This document shows positions 19,026 through 28,579 of a stretch of DNA of 64,000 nt, in pieces. A program made the translations under genes and the position numbers. Origin of the DNA: a virus; the IMG/VR virus record IMGVR_UViG_3300025132_000021, positions 32,001 to 96,000 of that record; one strand, written 5' to 3'. The notes beneath the pieces were generated by a model. The model was not told the origin of the DNA. It saw only the letters and a program-made list of their open reading frames with translations, and made no database searches. Numbering within the stretch: position 1 is the stretch's first letter; the number at the start of each line of letters is the position of its first letter.

Positions 19026-19535
19026 GTGGACATCTCAAACTTAGTGGCAGATTTGTCCACCTTCAAAGAATCATTAACACAATTCCAATCTCATTTAGAA
19101 TCTCAAAGAGCCGCTACTATCAAAGGCCAGTTCAGAGAGTTCTCACAATCATTAGGAATTGTGGCCGATGCTGAAACGATTAACAATTTGTTTGAAAGTT
19201 TTGAATCTATTTCTTCAACTATTGACAACAATGACTTAAAATTGAGAGACCGTATTCTTAAAACTTTAGATTCGCAATTTGTCGCACAGATTTTAACTCT
19301 TAAAACAGCAGCCCGTGAATCAGAACTTCGGAGAATGACTTCGGACTTATCTGATTTTATCCGAGATATTCCTGCGAGCAGTAGTGATAAACAATTCATT
19401 CAAAACTTAATGGCTAAATCTTTGAAAACTCTTTCCTCTGAAGTTTCACTTCAGAAAAACTTAGGAGAAACCTACAATGAGGCTTGGATTCAATCTTTAC
19501 AAGTGCAAGCAGAAGAGATTTTTAAGAACTTTTAA
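19026..19535 (+). CDS. Helical hypothetical protein
   Basis: GAGGTGA RBS before GTG. Confidence 0.75.
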   Translation: MDISNLVADLSTFKESLTQFQSHLESQRAATIKGQFREFSQSLGIVADAETINNLFESFESISSTIDNNDLKLRDRILKTLDSQFVAQILTLKTAARESELRRMTSDLSDFIRDIPASSSDKQFIQNLMAKSLKTLSSEVSLQKNLGETYNEAWIQSLQVQAEEIFKNF

Positions 19536-19560
19536 GTAGTATTAACAACATAGTGATTGT

Positions 19561-20691
19561 ATGAGCGACTTCGGCGGCTTAGTTCGGGACGACACTTCGG
19601 AAGATAAATCCGAAGCCAAGACCCCTGAATCCAAAGCAAAATCTTCCTCCAAATCTAATGCAAGTTTAGCATCCGTATTGGGTGCTGATGATGTAGCCAG
19701 TTTGACCAGAAAATATGACCTTGACCCAGAACTCGGAGAGCGTGTTCTTGTTCCTTTGGTTAATTTCTTAGATAAATATGGCGTGGGCGATGCAGTTAAT
19801 GAATCACCAACTGTTTCAGGTATTATGAGTTTGGCAGAGTTCTGGAATGATATTGCCCCTGTTGTCAAAAACGCTGCTGATTATTTCGGAGGTCGTCAAA
19901 AGACTCTAAGCGAAGATGACCGAGAGTTCTTAGAAAGAATCCGACAGGCTCAAGAAGAATCCGCAGATTTAAGTTTGTTTCAAGATTCGGAAACCACATC
20001 TATTGGTGAATCTATTGTAGAAGAACCACCAGAACCTATTGAAATTGTAGATGACCCATTTACCAGCAACAAACCTATTGATTGGTCTCAAATGTTGGGT
20101 GCAGGCAAAACCCAAAGCAACCATTATGAAACTTCTTCCACACTTCAGAAGCAAGAAACTCAATTTGGCATCAGTGGATTAGAACAATTAGCCAGAGAAG
20201 CAGGATTGAGCATAGAAGAAGTTCAAGCCAAAGATGGTCAAAACAAAATCAACGGTGCAGACGCATCTAAAACAGGAGTAGATTATCTCGCTGAAGATAA
20301 TAATTTAGGAAGCGTTATTGATTCTGGAACTTCCAAGATTCAAGCAGCCATGAAAACTCAAGCCGAGCATTATGAGCGCACATCTCAAGCCCAATTTGAC
20401 CAAATGGAAACTCCTGAGTCGGCTCTAAAATATGACCCATTATCAGTAGCAGGTTTAGAACCCCCTGCTGCATTAGAAGGCGGTGGCTTAGAAAGTATGG
20501 AATCTTTGATGGCGAAAGCAGGAGTTTCTGCTGACGATATTAAAACCCAAAGTCCTGCTGATACTGTATTACCTACTGACACCGACGACCAAGTAGATAA
20601 CTACGAAGAAGTTGTTTTGCCTGAAGACCCCGGTATCGCACCTGCTGAAACTTTTATGGTAGACTTTTCTGACTATGAAGTTTTGGAGTAG
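19561..20691 (+). CDS. Acidic hypothetical protein
   Basis: Promoter at 19531; 376-aa ORF. Confidence 0.8.
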   Translation: MSDFGGLVRDDTSEDKSEAKTPESKAKSSSKSNASLASVLGADDVASLTRKYDLDPELGERVLVPLVNFLDKYGVGDAVNESPTVSGIMSLAEFWNDIAPVVKNAADYFGGRQKTLSEDDREFLERIRQAQEESADLSLFQDSETTSIGESIVEEPPEPIEIVDDPFTSNKPIDWSQMLGAGKTQSNHYETSSTLQKQETQFGISGLEQLAREAGLSIEEVQAKDGQNKINGADASKTGVDYLAEDNNLGSVIDSGTSKIQAAMKTQAEHYERTSQAQFDQMETPESALKYDPLSVAGLEPPAALEGGGLESMESLMAKAGVSADDIKTQSPADTVLPTDTDDQVDNYEEVVLPEDPGIAPAETFMVDFSDYEVLE

Positions 20692-20697
20692 TTAGTT

Positions 20698-21108
20698 ATG
20701 AATCCTATTTGGACACACTTTTGCAGCCATAAAATGGAAGATTGGCTAAGTTGGCTACGCACTATTCATATCAATTCTTATTTAGAACTAACTGAAAGAT
20801 TTATTGCTACTCACCCCTACTTTGTCCCTTCGGAAACTCATTTTGATGACCGACAGAATCAATTATTTCAAAAGTTGATTGTAGATTGGGATTTTATCAA
20901 CACCTTGAGTGATAAAGGATTGCTGGTTTGGGCTAATTCTAATTTTTTAGATTTCATAGAAGCCTTAGAACCTTATGGGATTAAATATCCTGATATTCGT
21001 AGACTCACTACCTTTTTGCGTCTGCATTTAGAATGGTTCACCAGAGTTTATCAATTTACCCGTGCTGACTTAATTTTAGAACTTAGGGAATCTGGTCGGA
21101 ATCTTTAA
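20698..21108 (+). CDS. Hypothetical protein
   Basis: ORF ends inside the next promoter (GRNL*). Confidence 0.75.
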   Translation: MNPIWTHFCSHKMEDWLSWLRTIHINSYLELTERFIATHPYFVPSETHFDDRQNQLFQKLIVDWDFINTLSDKGLLVWANSNFLDFIEALEPYGIKYPDIRRLTTFLRLHLEWFTRVYQFTRADLILELRESGRNL

Positions 21109-21133
21109 GTAGTTGGACTGTGTGATTCTAAGT

Positions 21134-23230
21134 ATGGTTCGTGTTAGCGACACAGCAGTAGATTACATCTTGGCATATTTCTGGCTACAAGGTGGCAAAG
21201 CAGGCAGGATTCGTAAAATTGGTCCAGATATGGCTGATTACTTGATTTCTAAAGGACACACATTTTCCCCTCGTGCAGAAAAGAAACTACGCACAGTTCC
21301 TTCTGCTTCTTTTTCTACTTCAGTATCTACTCCATGGACCAGCAACGCTGGTTGGATTGCTGCGACTTTCGGAGAATCCGCTTACAACATTGACGCATAC
21401 TATACTCGTAACCTACCCACAGGCCGTAGTATTGAATTAGGCACAGACCCTATGGGAAGCCCCGGTGGTGGAAAGGGTCGTGCTTGGAAAGCACAATCCT
21501 TTAATCAAACTGGTTGGGATGTTATCAACATTGAATCTATTGTAAATACTAATAAACCAGACCCTCGGTGGATTGCACTTTTGAACAATGTAGCCGTTTC
21601 TGGTGGTGCAAGTTTTACTGCTGATTTCCCAGTAACTAATCCTCGCTACGAAATTGGAAGTGGACTCATGCGCTATGCAGGAACACCACCAGCAATTTCT
21701 GGCGCACCGACTCCAACCACAGGTGCAACACCTCCTCCTCCACCAACACCTGCTGTTGAACCAGTAGTAGAACCAGAACCAGTAGTAGAAACAGTTGATG
21801 TAAGTTTTGATGATTTCAAAGACAATCTTTCTCTTGATGATTTGTCTGTCTTTGTTGTCAATGGGGCAAGCACTCCAACTATTAAGCCTTCAGACCGAAA
21901 GATTTCTTCTAAAGCCTTTGTTGCCAACGCAGGAAAGTTTTCAGTAGAGTCTGGACAGATTTCTATTACTATGAGAACACCAGATGCAGCCAAATTATCC
22001 AATGATTTAGAAGTGGCTTGGATTACTGGTGAACAAGACCCGTCAAAACTTGTTGATATGGAAGGAGATATGGTCACTATTACGGACGAAGAAGGTGAAG
22101 AATATGAAGTTCCAGCACCACCAAAGGTAAAGTTTATTGTTGATTGCGATGAAAAGAAAGTTTTCATTAGTGTTAATGGAGAAATGATTCAAGCCATCAA
22201 AGATGAGTCTGAATATGCTTTTGCTAAGTGTGAAATAACCGTAGAAGAACCCGCTAAAGGCGGTAAGATTACTTCATTATTCCTTGATGGAAGCCCTATT
22301 GAGTTCGGTAAAAAGACAGGGGCTATTTATGATTATGGATTCCCTATTCGTGGAGTCATGGGACTTCCTGAAAATTGTTATGCTGATGCTTATGATGCAG
22401 GAGAAGTTACCGCAGGAAAAGACCCAACAACTCAAATGTTCGCAGCCCGTGGAAAGTTTTATGCACTGGGCGGTCGTTTAATTCAATTTGGAACTCCTCA
22501 ATCTTACACTTATGATATGAGCCAAATGGACGAAAAGGTTCTTCAACCATTAGCACTTAACTTTGATACAGAACTGGATTTAGATAAGCAAGGAATCTTC
22601 TTTACCTTGTTATACCAGAACGCACTTACTGATGGCTCAAATCTTTTCCCCGGTTTTGACATCAACTCTACCGTAGATGCTAACATGGAAAATCTTTTAT
22701 TCCCTAATGATGTTCGTAATCTTCGTCCTAAGACAGAAGATAACAAGGTCATGCTACAAAAAGCAGGTGCTATACGCCGAGCAGGAGAAGGTATTGAAAA
22801 GATTGAGATTGATAGCAGCAATCTTCAAAGCACAGGTGAATTAGAAATCGGAGGTAAAACTTACACAACTGAAGTTTATTCTCAAGTTCAAGTAACTTTT
22901 GATGGAGGAGATACTATGTTGATTCCAGATGGAGATGACCGTTTCCGTGCTATTGACAATTCTGACTCCGAAATTATGGGAACAATTAGTGTAGATGAAA
23001 GCACAGAACGCCCACAAATACAGATTGTTTCAGGAGATTTAGATGATATTTATGAATCATTAGAAGCCTCTCGTCGTTCCAACCGTTTGTCCAAGAGATT
23101 TAATCGTGAAAGCAAAGGAGAAATTGTTAGCCAAACAGGTATGGTAAAGCAAGGAGATTCCTACTACATTATTATGGGTGTTGGTTCACAAACAGTAGTT
23201 GTTGAATTAGATATGGAACAAAAGGTGTGA
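21134..23230 (+). CDS. Large hypothetical protein with Pro-rich linker, first gene of the MoxR cluster; start revised to ATG 21134
   Basis: Promoter at 21104; PTPTTGATPPPPPTP linker; overlaps the next gene. Confidence 0.8.
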   Translation: MVRVSDTAVDYILAYFWLQGGKAGRIRKIGPDMADYLISKGHTFSPRAEKKLRTVPSASFSTSVSTPWTSNAGWIAATFGESAYNIDAYYTRNLPTGRSIELGTDPMGSPGGGKGRAWKAQSFNQTGWDVINIESIVNTNKPDPRWIALLNNVAVSGGASFTADFPVTNPRYEIGSGLMRYAGTPPAISGAPTPTTGATPPPPPTPAVEPVVEPEPVVETVDVSFDDFKDNLSLDDLSVFVVNGASTPTIKPSDRKISSKAFVANAGKFSVESGQISITMRTPDAAKLSNDLEVAWITGEQDPSKLVDMEGDMVTITDEEGEEYEVPAPPKVKFIVDCDEKKVFISVNGEMIQAIKDESEYAFAKCEITVEEPAKGGKITSLFLDGSPIEFGKKTGAIYDYGFPIRGVMGLPENCYADAYDAGEVTAGKDPTTQMFAARGKFYALGGRLIQFGTPQSYTYDMSQMDEKVLQPLALNFDTELDLDKQGIFFTLLYQNALTDGSNLFPGFDINSTVDANMENLLFPNDVRNLRPKTEDNKVMLQKAGAIRRAGEGIEKIEIDSSNLQSTGELEIGGKTYTTEVYSQVQVTFDGGDTMLIPDGDDRFRAIDNSDSEIMGTISVDESTERPQIQIVSGDLDDIYESLEASRRSNRLSKRFNRESKGEIVSQTGMVKQGDSYYIIMGVGSQTVVVELDMEQKV

Positions 23231-26200
23231 TTAGAATGGTAGATGAAGTAGAAGATATGGGACTAACTGTTCCAGAAGATGTTGAAGAAGTAATGGAAAC
23301 TTTAATTGAAGAAGTCGTTGAACCCACACCAGTTGAGCCAAAACTTTCAGGTTCAATCAAAGAACAACTCACTGCATTAGTTGGCGAAGATGGTGTTAGC
23401 ACTTTAGAAGAAGTTGCTAAATCTACTTACAAAGATTTAGATGAGTTCGCTAAGATTACAGTTATTGATACTGCTCTTGATTCTTTAGAGATTTTTACTG
23501 GTAAGAATCGTAGTCCTTTGAACATGGTTGCTTTGGATGCTGATGGAAACACTATTGACTTAGATGATGCAGGTATGGAACTTGCTGACAAAGGCTACGA
23601 AGGTTTCTCTTTAGATTCAGTCTTTGAGACCACCGTTTTTGAACCCGGATTTAGCCCAGAAAATATGGGAACTGCTCTCAAAGAAGTATTCCGTGCAAAA
23701 CTTACTTTAGGAGATTGGGAAGCCAAGCAAAAAACTCACACTGAACTACTTGACCCAGTGCGTAAGGCTATGACTCAACTCGGAGAAGTTTTCGGTTTTG
23801 ATAACTATGAACACTTAGAAATGTTCTTTGCAGCATGGTTGATGAAAGATTCTACTTGCCGTTTGTCTGGTATTCCCGGAACTGGTAAGACCACGGTTAT
23901 TGAATCAGCAGCAGTTCTGTTGTGCAATTCTTATGGATTCAACAAACAATCTCGTTTCGTTGCCCCAATCCGTGCTGACCCATATACTATGGAAGAATTA
24001 TTCGGAGAGAATCGTTCCTATGTGGCTCAAGAATACCCATCAGGTATGGAATATAACCTAACTTACTCAAACTCTGCTTATGAAACAGTTCGCAACGATT
24101 GGGACGAATGGCGTTTCACCAGTTGGTCTCGTCCCGGTGGTCGCAACCGTTCAGGTGCTTATCTTTATGATATGTCATTCTTGCACCCATCAGGTAAGCG
24201 TGATGGAGAACCATTCCAGAAAAAAGCCTTGGAAATTGGAAACTTTTACAAGTTGTTGAACAATTGTTATGTCGTTCAGGCTCCAGTTCAAGGATTTACT
24301 GACCCATCAGAAGGAAAGTCAGAAGGTAAAGAACTTTTGAAACAATTAGAGGAAGACCAAATCCAAACCGTAGTAGCACCTATCAAGTTGCTTAACGCTG
24401 ATGGAACTTTGGCTGATTTTGGAACACCATTGGTGTATGATGTTTATGATGTCCGAGGCAACAAGCATCAATTCCCAATGCAAGTCCGTTTCCCAGATGT
24501 AAATATGGCGGCTGAAACTGAAAACACTCAAAATTACAAGTGGATTTTAGAACAAGGAGATGCTACCGAGTTTATTCAAGATGGATACGGTTTGTTCACT
24601 GATGCTGGCCGTTCCGAAGGATACGGATTCCGTCAATATCTTATTGAAAACTTTGTAGACTTGCGAAGCAAAGATGCTCGTATTTCAGGAAAGTGGAAGC
24701 CAATTCTTGAAGAAATGCTTGAAGAAATTGGTGTGGCAAAGATTGACTACGAAAAGCGTGCTGATGAAGTATTGTATGGTATTGAGATTCAACAATCCAC
24801 TGTCACTGATAAAATCCGTGATGCTCAGATTTCAACTTATGAGTTTGAACCAGTGCCTCGTCCAATTGTTACTCAACCTATCAAGTTCTTTAACGAAGCC
24901 AACCGTTCACAGGCTGGTGTAGAAGACGCAGTTCTGGGTCTAATTGCCGAGCGAAAGGTAGAATACCGTGGTAAATCTTTTGATTCTCCAAACTTTGTTG
25001 CTTGGATGGACACTAACCCTCACCAAAAAGGAAACGACCTTGCGTTTATTGACCGTATTGATATGGAACTTTTGTTTAAGTCTATCTCTCTCGGTGAACG
25101 CTACTCACAATTGAGTGGTCGTTTCGGTGGTGGCGGTGGATTAGCCCCACAAGAACAAATTGTTTCTAAGTTAGCAGCAGGTGGCGACATTGGATTCACT
25201 GCTCTAAGATTCGGCAATCTTGCTAATCTGTGGCAATTCGTTCAGAAACAAGTTGGATTCGCACCACCGGGTCAGCAACCCGGGACCAGCACTTACGATG
25301 CTTTGCGTGAAATCTCTTATATTTCAGTTCTCTTCACCCAGCGTTTCCTTCCTCGCAACACCACCCTAAAGTCAGGAAATGAGACATTCAATGTAAGTGC
25401 TAAACAGGATTTCAATGAATCTCCGCTTATGGATTTCTCGGTGACTACTAATACTAACGAAGAAGGAAAGTCCAACATTAAACTTCAATCTGATATTAGA
25501 ACAACTTATTCCCAGCACACACCATCTAACATTGACCGTGTTCTTGGTTTCCGTTTCACTAACTCTTTGGTAAAACTTTCGTCAGCATTGGCCTTCCTTC
25601 GTGGAAAGTCTTATGTTACTCGTCAAGAAATCCTTGATGGGCTACCTTATGTGACTGCTCACCGATTAGGTCGTGCTAAATCCAGTAAAGGAGAAATCCA
25701 AGGTTTGCCAGCAGGTCTTCAGTTCAATAACGAACAAGAGTGGATTCGTGAAGCCATTGTTAATGGTTATCTACTTCAAGAAACCAACATTGGTTTCAGT
25801 CAAGGTGGATTACCACTTATGGACATTTGGGATTTGTATTACCGCCGATGTGTAGATGCACTTAAGAGCGCACCTGCACTCTTTTGGTATGAACAACAAG
25901 TGTTGATTCCATTACATAAAGCATTGATTGAAGCAGGCGCAGATGTGGGCAACAAGTTCACACCAGTTCACTGGCATATTGCTACTATGGTTGTTCAAAA
26001 CGAAAAGTCTGCAACTATGCAAAGTTTGACTAAGCCTTACCGAACCTACGCTCACGGTGATGATTACCAATCTAACTACAACCATTACCTAACTCGTGTT
26101 TTCAGCAATCCTAACCCTTCTAAGACTACGGCTGACCAATCATTATATGATTACTACCAACTTCGTGGTGAAATCTGTTCCGAACCTAACTTGTTCTCGG

Positions 26201-27204
26201 ACGACCGTGAAACTTTGTTAGAACTTTTGGCTTCTACTATGGATACCATTTCAGGCAAAGGCGCACCGGGCGGAAAAGGTTCAGGAGTTGCCAACCCAAC
26301 AGCGATTGTTGCTTCTAAGAAATTATCAGCCAAGACCCAAGCCAACGCACAACGCTATTCCGATACAACTTCATTCCAATGGAGAACCTATCAAGATTCC
26401 ATCGGAACATGGGGTCGTATGCTACAACTTGATGGAACAAGTGGTGTAGGAGGAGGCGCAACTGATGTTTTCACCGCATCCCAAACTTCTACGAGTCAAA
26501 AAGTTGCTGCTTCTTTTGCAGACCAAGCCCTAATGATTACAGGCCGTATGGAAGTCAAAGAACCCTCTAAGCGAGCCAGCGTTGCAGGTTCAGCCAGTTC
26601 CATGCAAAGAGACCAAATGATTACCCAACTCAACAAAGTTGAAATGGCATTTGCATCTTATCTGGGCGAAGGAGTTCGGATTCTAAGCGCAGCCGACGGC
26701 TCAACAGAAACCATGACATTTAATCAGTTAATGTCGGCTTGTCGTGAGTTTGTCACTCAATACCCTGCTCGTAAAGACATTACCACAGGGGCTTTTGAAG
26801 TTAATGGAATAGAAGTAGACCTACAAACAGAAGGTTTAATGGCTTGCTTCCCATTAGCCCACACAGCAGGTGCGCCTATGTCTACTGAATACACAGGTGA
26901 TGATTCTTTGCGTTTGTGGGTTCGTTTGTTTGAATCCAACCTAACTGGCAAAAAGGCAGCCACTCAATCAGGAGGTTCGGCTTTCGTAACTCTTAACTTT
27001 ACTATGGGTATCACTTCTAACTGGGCAACCAAGAAGGGAGATTTCCTTAATGTTGTTCCTTCAACAGATGATGACAAGAAAGCCTACATTATTGAAACTT
27101 ACAATGGTTCAGACCTACAAGACACAGGAAACTTGTCCAAGACTGACCTACTTAATTATCAATTCATGTTTGCAGAGTCTCTCAAAGAAGACACGGCTTA
27201 TTGA
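23227..27204 (+). CDS. Very large MoxR/dynein-related AAA+ ATPase with a long insertion
   Basis: Walker A GIPGTGKT; Walker B IKFFNEANR; TNP...AFIDRID; YVTAHRL lid motif. Confidence 0.85.
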   Translation: MIRMVDEVEDMGLTVPEDVEEVMETLIEEVVEPTPVEPKLSGSIKEQLTALVGEDGVSTLEEVAKSTYKDLDEFAKITVIDTALDSLEIFTGKNRSPLNMVALDADGNTIDLDDAGMELADKGYEGFSLDSVFETTVFEPGFSPENMGTALKEVFRAKLTLGDWEAKQKTHTELLDPVRKAMTQLGEVFGFDNYEHLEMFFAAWLMKDSTCRLSGIPGTGKTTVIESAAVLLCNSYGFNKQSRFVAPIRADPYTMEELFGENRSYVAQEYPSGMEYNLTYSNSAYETVRNDWDEWRFTSWSRPGGRNRSGAYLYDMSFLHPSGKRDGEPFQKKALEIGNFYKLLNNCYVVQAPVQGFTDPSEGKSEGKELLKQLEEDQIQTVVAPIKLLNADGTLADFGTPLVYDVYDVRGNKHQFPMQVRFPDVNMAAETENTQNYKWILEQGDATEFIQDGYGLFTDAGRSEGYGFRQYLIENFVDLRSKDARISGKWKPILEEMLEEIGVAKIDYEKRADEVLYGIEIQQSTVTDKIRDAQISTYEFEPVPRPIVTQPIKFFNEANRSQAGVEDAVLGLIAERKVEYRGKSFDSPNFVAWMDTNPHQKGNDLAFIDRIDMELLFKSISLGERYSQLSGRFGGGGGLAPQEQIVSKLAAGGDIGFTALRFGNLANLWQFVQKQVGFAPPGQQPGTSTYDALREISYISVLFTQRFLPRNTTLKSGNETFNVSAKQDFNESPLMDFSVTTNTNEEGKSNIKLQSDIRTTYSQHTPSNIDRVLGFRFTNSLVKLSSALAFLRGKSYVTRQEILDGLPYVTAHRLGRAKSSKGEIQGLPAGLQFNNEQEWIREAIVNGYLLQETNIGFSQGGLPLMDIWDLYYRRCVDALKSAPALFWYEQQVLIPLHKALIEAGADVGNKFTPVHWHIATMVVQNEKSATMQSLTKPYRTYAHGDDYQSNYNHYLTRVFSNPNPSKTTADQSLYDYYQLRGEICSEPNLFSDDRETLLELLASTMDTISGKGAPGGKGSGVANPTAIVASKKLSAKTQANAQRYSDTTSFQWRTYQDSIGTWGRMLQLDGTSGVGGGATDVFTASQTSTSQKVAASFADQALMITGRMEVKEPSKRASVAGSASSMQRDQMITQLNKVEMAFASYLGEGVRILSAADGSTETMTFNQLMSACREFVTQYPARKDITTGAFEVNGIEVDLQTEGLMACFPLAHTAGAPMSTEYTGDDSLRLWVRLFESNLTGKKAATQSGGSAFVTLNFTMGITSNWATKKGDFLNVVPSTDDDKKAYIIETYNGSDLQDTGNLSKTDLLNYQFMFAESLKEDTAY

Positions 27205-27240
27205 GAAAGTTTAAGTAGTTGAAGCCCATAAGGGATAGTG

Positions 27241-28575
27241 ATGACGGCTGGTTATTACGAAAAACCCGGTGGGGCTAATTTACCTCCAGAATTAGTGACT
27301 GCTGCTAATCGTTTGCGAGGCATCAATGGTTTAACTAACAAAATTGTTATTGTTCCTTCGGCCATGCACGAAGCCTACACTAATATGACTTACATTTCTC
27401 TATCAGGAGATTATCTTTCTATGGCTATGGAGGGAAACTATCATGGTTATCCAGAAAAACGCCTCCGTGAAGATTTAGATTTCGTTATTCAACACGAGAT
27501 TGGACATTTGAATATCCACCCCGGAGTTGCAGGCGGCGGTTGGAAATCCGAAATTGAAGCCATGCCCGTTGAAGGCAATAAAAAGGGTCAATGGTCTAAT
27601 GTATTATCTGATGTTATCGTCAATTACAACGCAGCCAATGGAACTCAATTGACAATTGGAGGCAAAGAAAAACTGGCCGAAGTTGCTCGTATGAGTAAGG
27701 CTATGTGGAATGCTTATGGAGGAGGATTCCGTAGTTGTTTTGATGGCTCTGCTAAAAACATGGGTTGTATTAAGCATCGTGAACTTCTTGATGCAGGAAA
27801 ATTAGTAGATAATCGCTACAATAACGGTCGTTATGACCCTCACGCCGCAGGAAATCCATATCTTGCAGCCGAAGATACACCAGAGTTTCAAAAATTATTG
27901 GGTCATGGTCGTGCGCCGCAGTTATATCCTGCTATTGCTCATTGTGTGGCTAACAAAATGCCTGTTGGCACAGATATGGGACCGGGAATGGGTCAATCCA
28001 GAACTGTTCAAGATTACCCAGATAATTGGAAACAAGTTAAACTTTTGGCTTCATTAGACATAGAATACTCCCCTAATGCAGATAAATGGTTGGGTTATAA
28101 CCCAACCCCCGGTAGTTGCCCCCTAACAGGAGGCTCAACTGAAAAAGTAGGTTCAATTGGTGCTGGTGAGTATCAAGTAGTGGCTACTCGCACTTATGAT
28201 GGAATAGAAAATCCAAAAAATGTTAGACCCATTGAGTTTTTCAAATTACGAAATGGAAGCAAAGATATTTGGGTTCCAGCCCACTATTGTATTAGCAAGT
28301 GTCCTCATTGTGGTGAGCCAGCAGCGAGTCAGTTTCAACTGGGCATGGGCTACAAACCAGCCCTCGCAGGACTGGTGGGTAGAGGAGATATAGACCAAGA
28401 CACAATTTCTCAAATTGAAAACAGCAAACTTTACAATGTTTTACTTTGTAATCTTAATGCAGGACTCTATGCTACATCTCAAGAAGGTTTTGATGGTAAA
28501 ACTGGACGAGATGCAGGAATAGCCTTTTTGAATGCTTGTGCTTGGGACAGACACCTATGTATGATTGGACGGTGA
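27241..28575 (+). CDS. Putative zincin metallopeptidase (HExxH) of the MoxR-vWA cluster
   Basis: AYT...FVIQHEIGH...NVLSDVIVN; CxxC near the C-terminus. Confidence 0.7.
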   Translation: MTAGYYEKPGGANLPPELVTAANRLRGINGLTNKIVIVPSAMHEAYTNMTYISLSGDYLSMAMEGNYHGYPEKRLREDLDFVIQHEIGHLNIHPGVAGGGWKSEIEAMPVEGNKKGQWSNVLSDVIVNYNAANGTQLTIGGKEKLAEVARMSKAMWNAYGGGFRSCFDGSAKNMGCIKHRELLDAGKLVDNRYNNGRYDPHAAGNPYLAAEDTPEFQKLLGHGRAPQLYPAIAHCVANKMPVGTDMGPGMGQSRTVQDYPDNWKQVKLLASLDIEYSPNADKWLGYNPTPGSCPLTGGSTEKVGSIGAGEYQVVATRTYDGIENPKNVRPIEFFKLRNGSKDIWVPAHYCISKCPHCGEPAASQFQLGMGYKPALAGLVGRGDIDQDTISQIENSKLYNVLLCNLNAGLYATSQEGFDGKTGRDAGIAFLNACAWDRHLCMIGR

Positions 28576-28579
28576 TATT

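Noticed and set aside
23900-24730. Intein in the MoxR ATPase
   Set aside because: No His-Asn/Cys-Ser-Thr splice junction or LAGLIDADG motif visible
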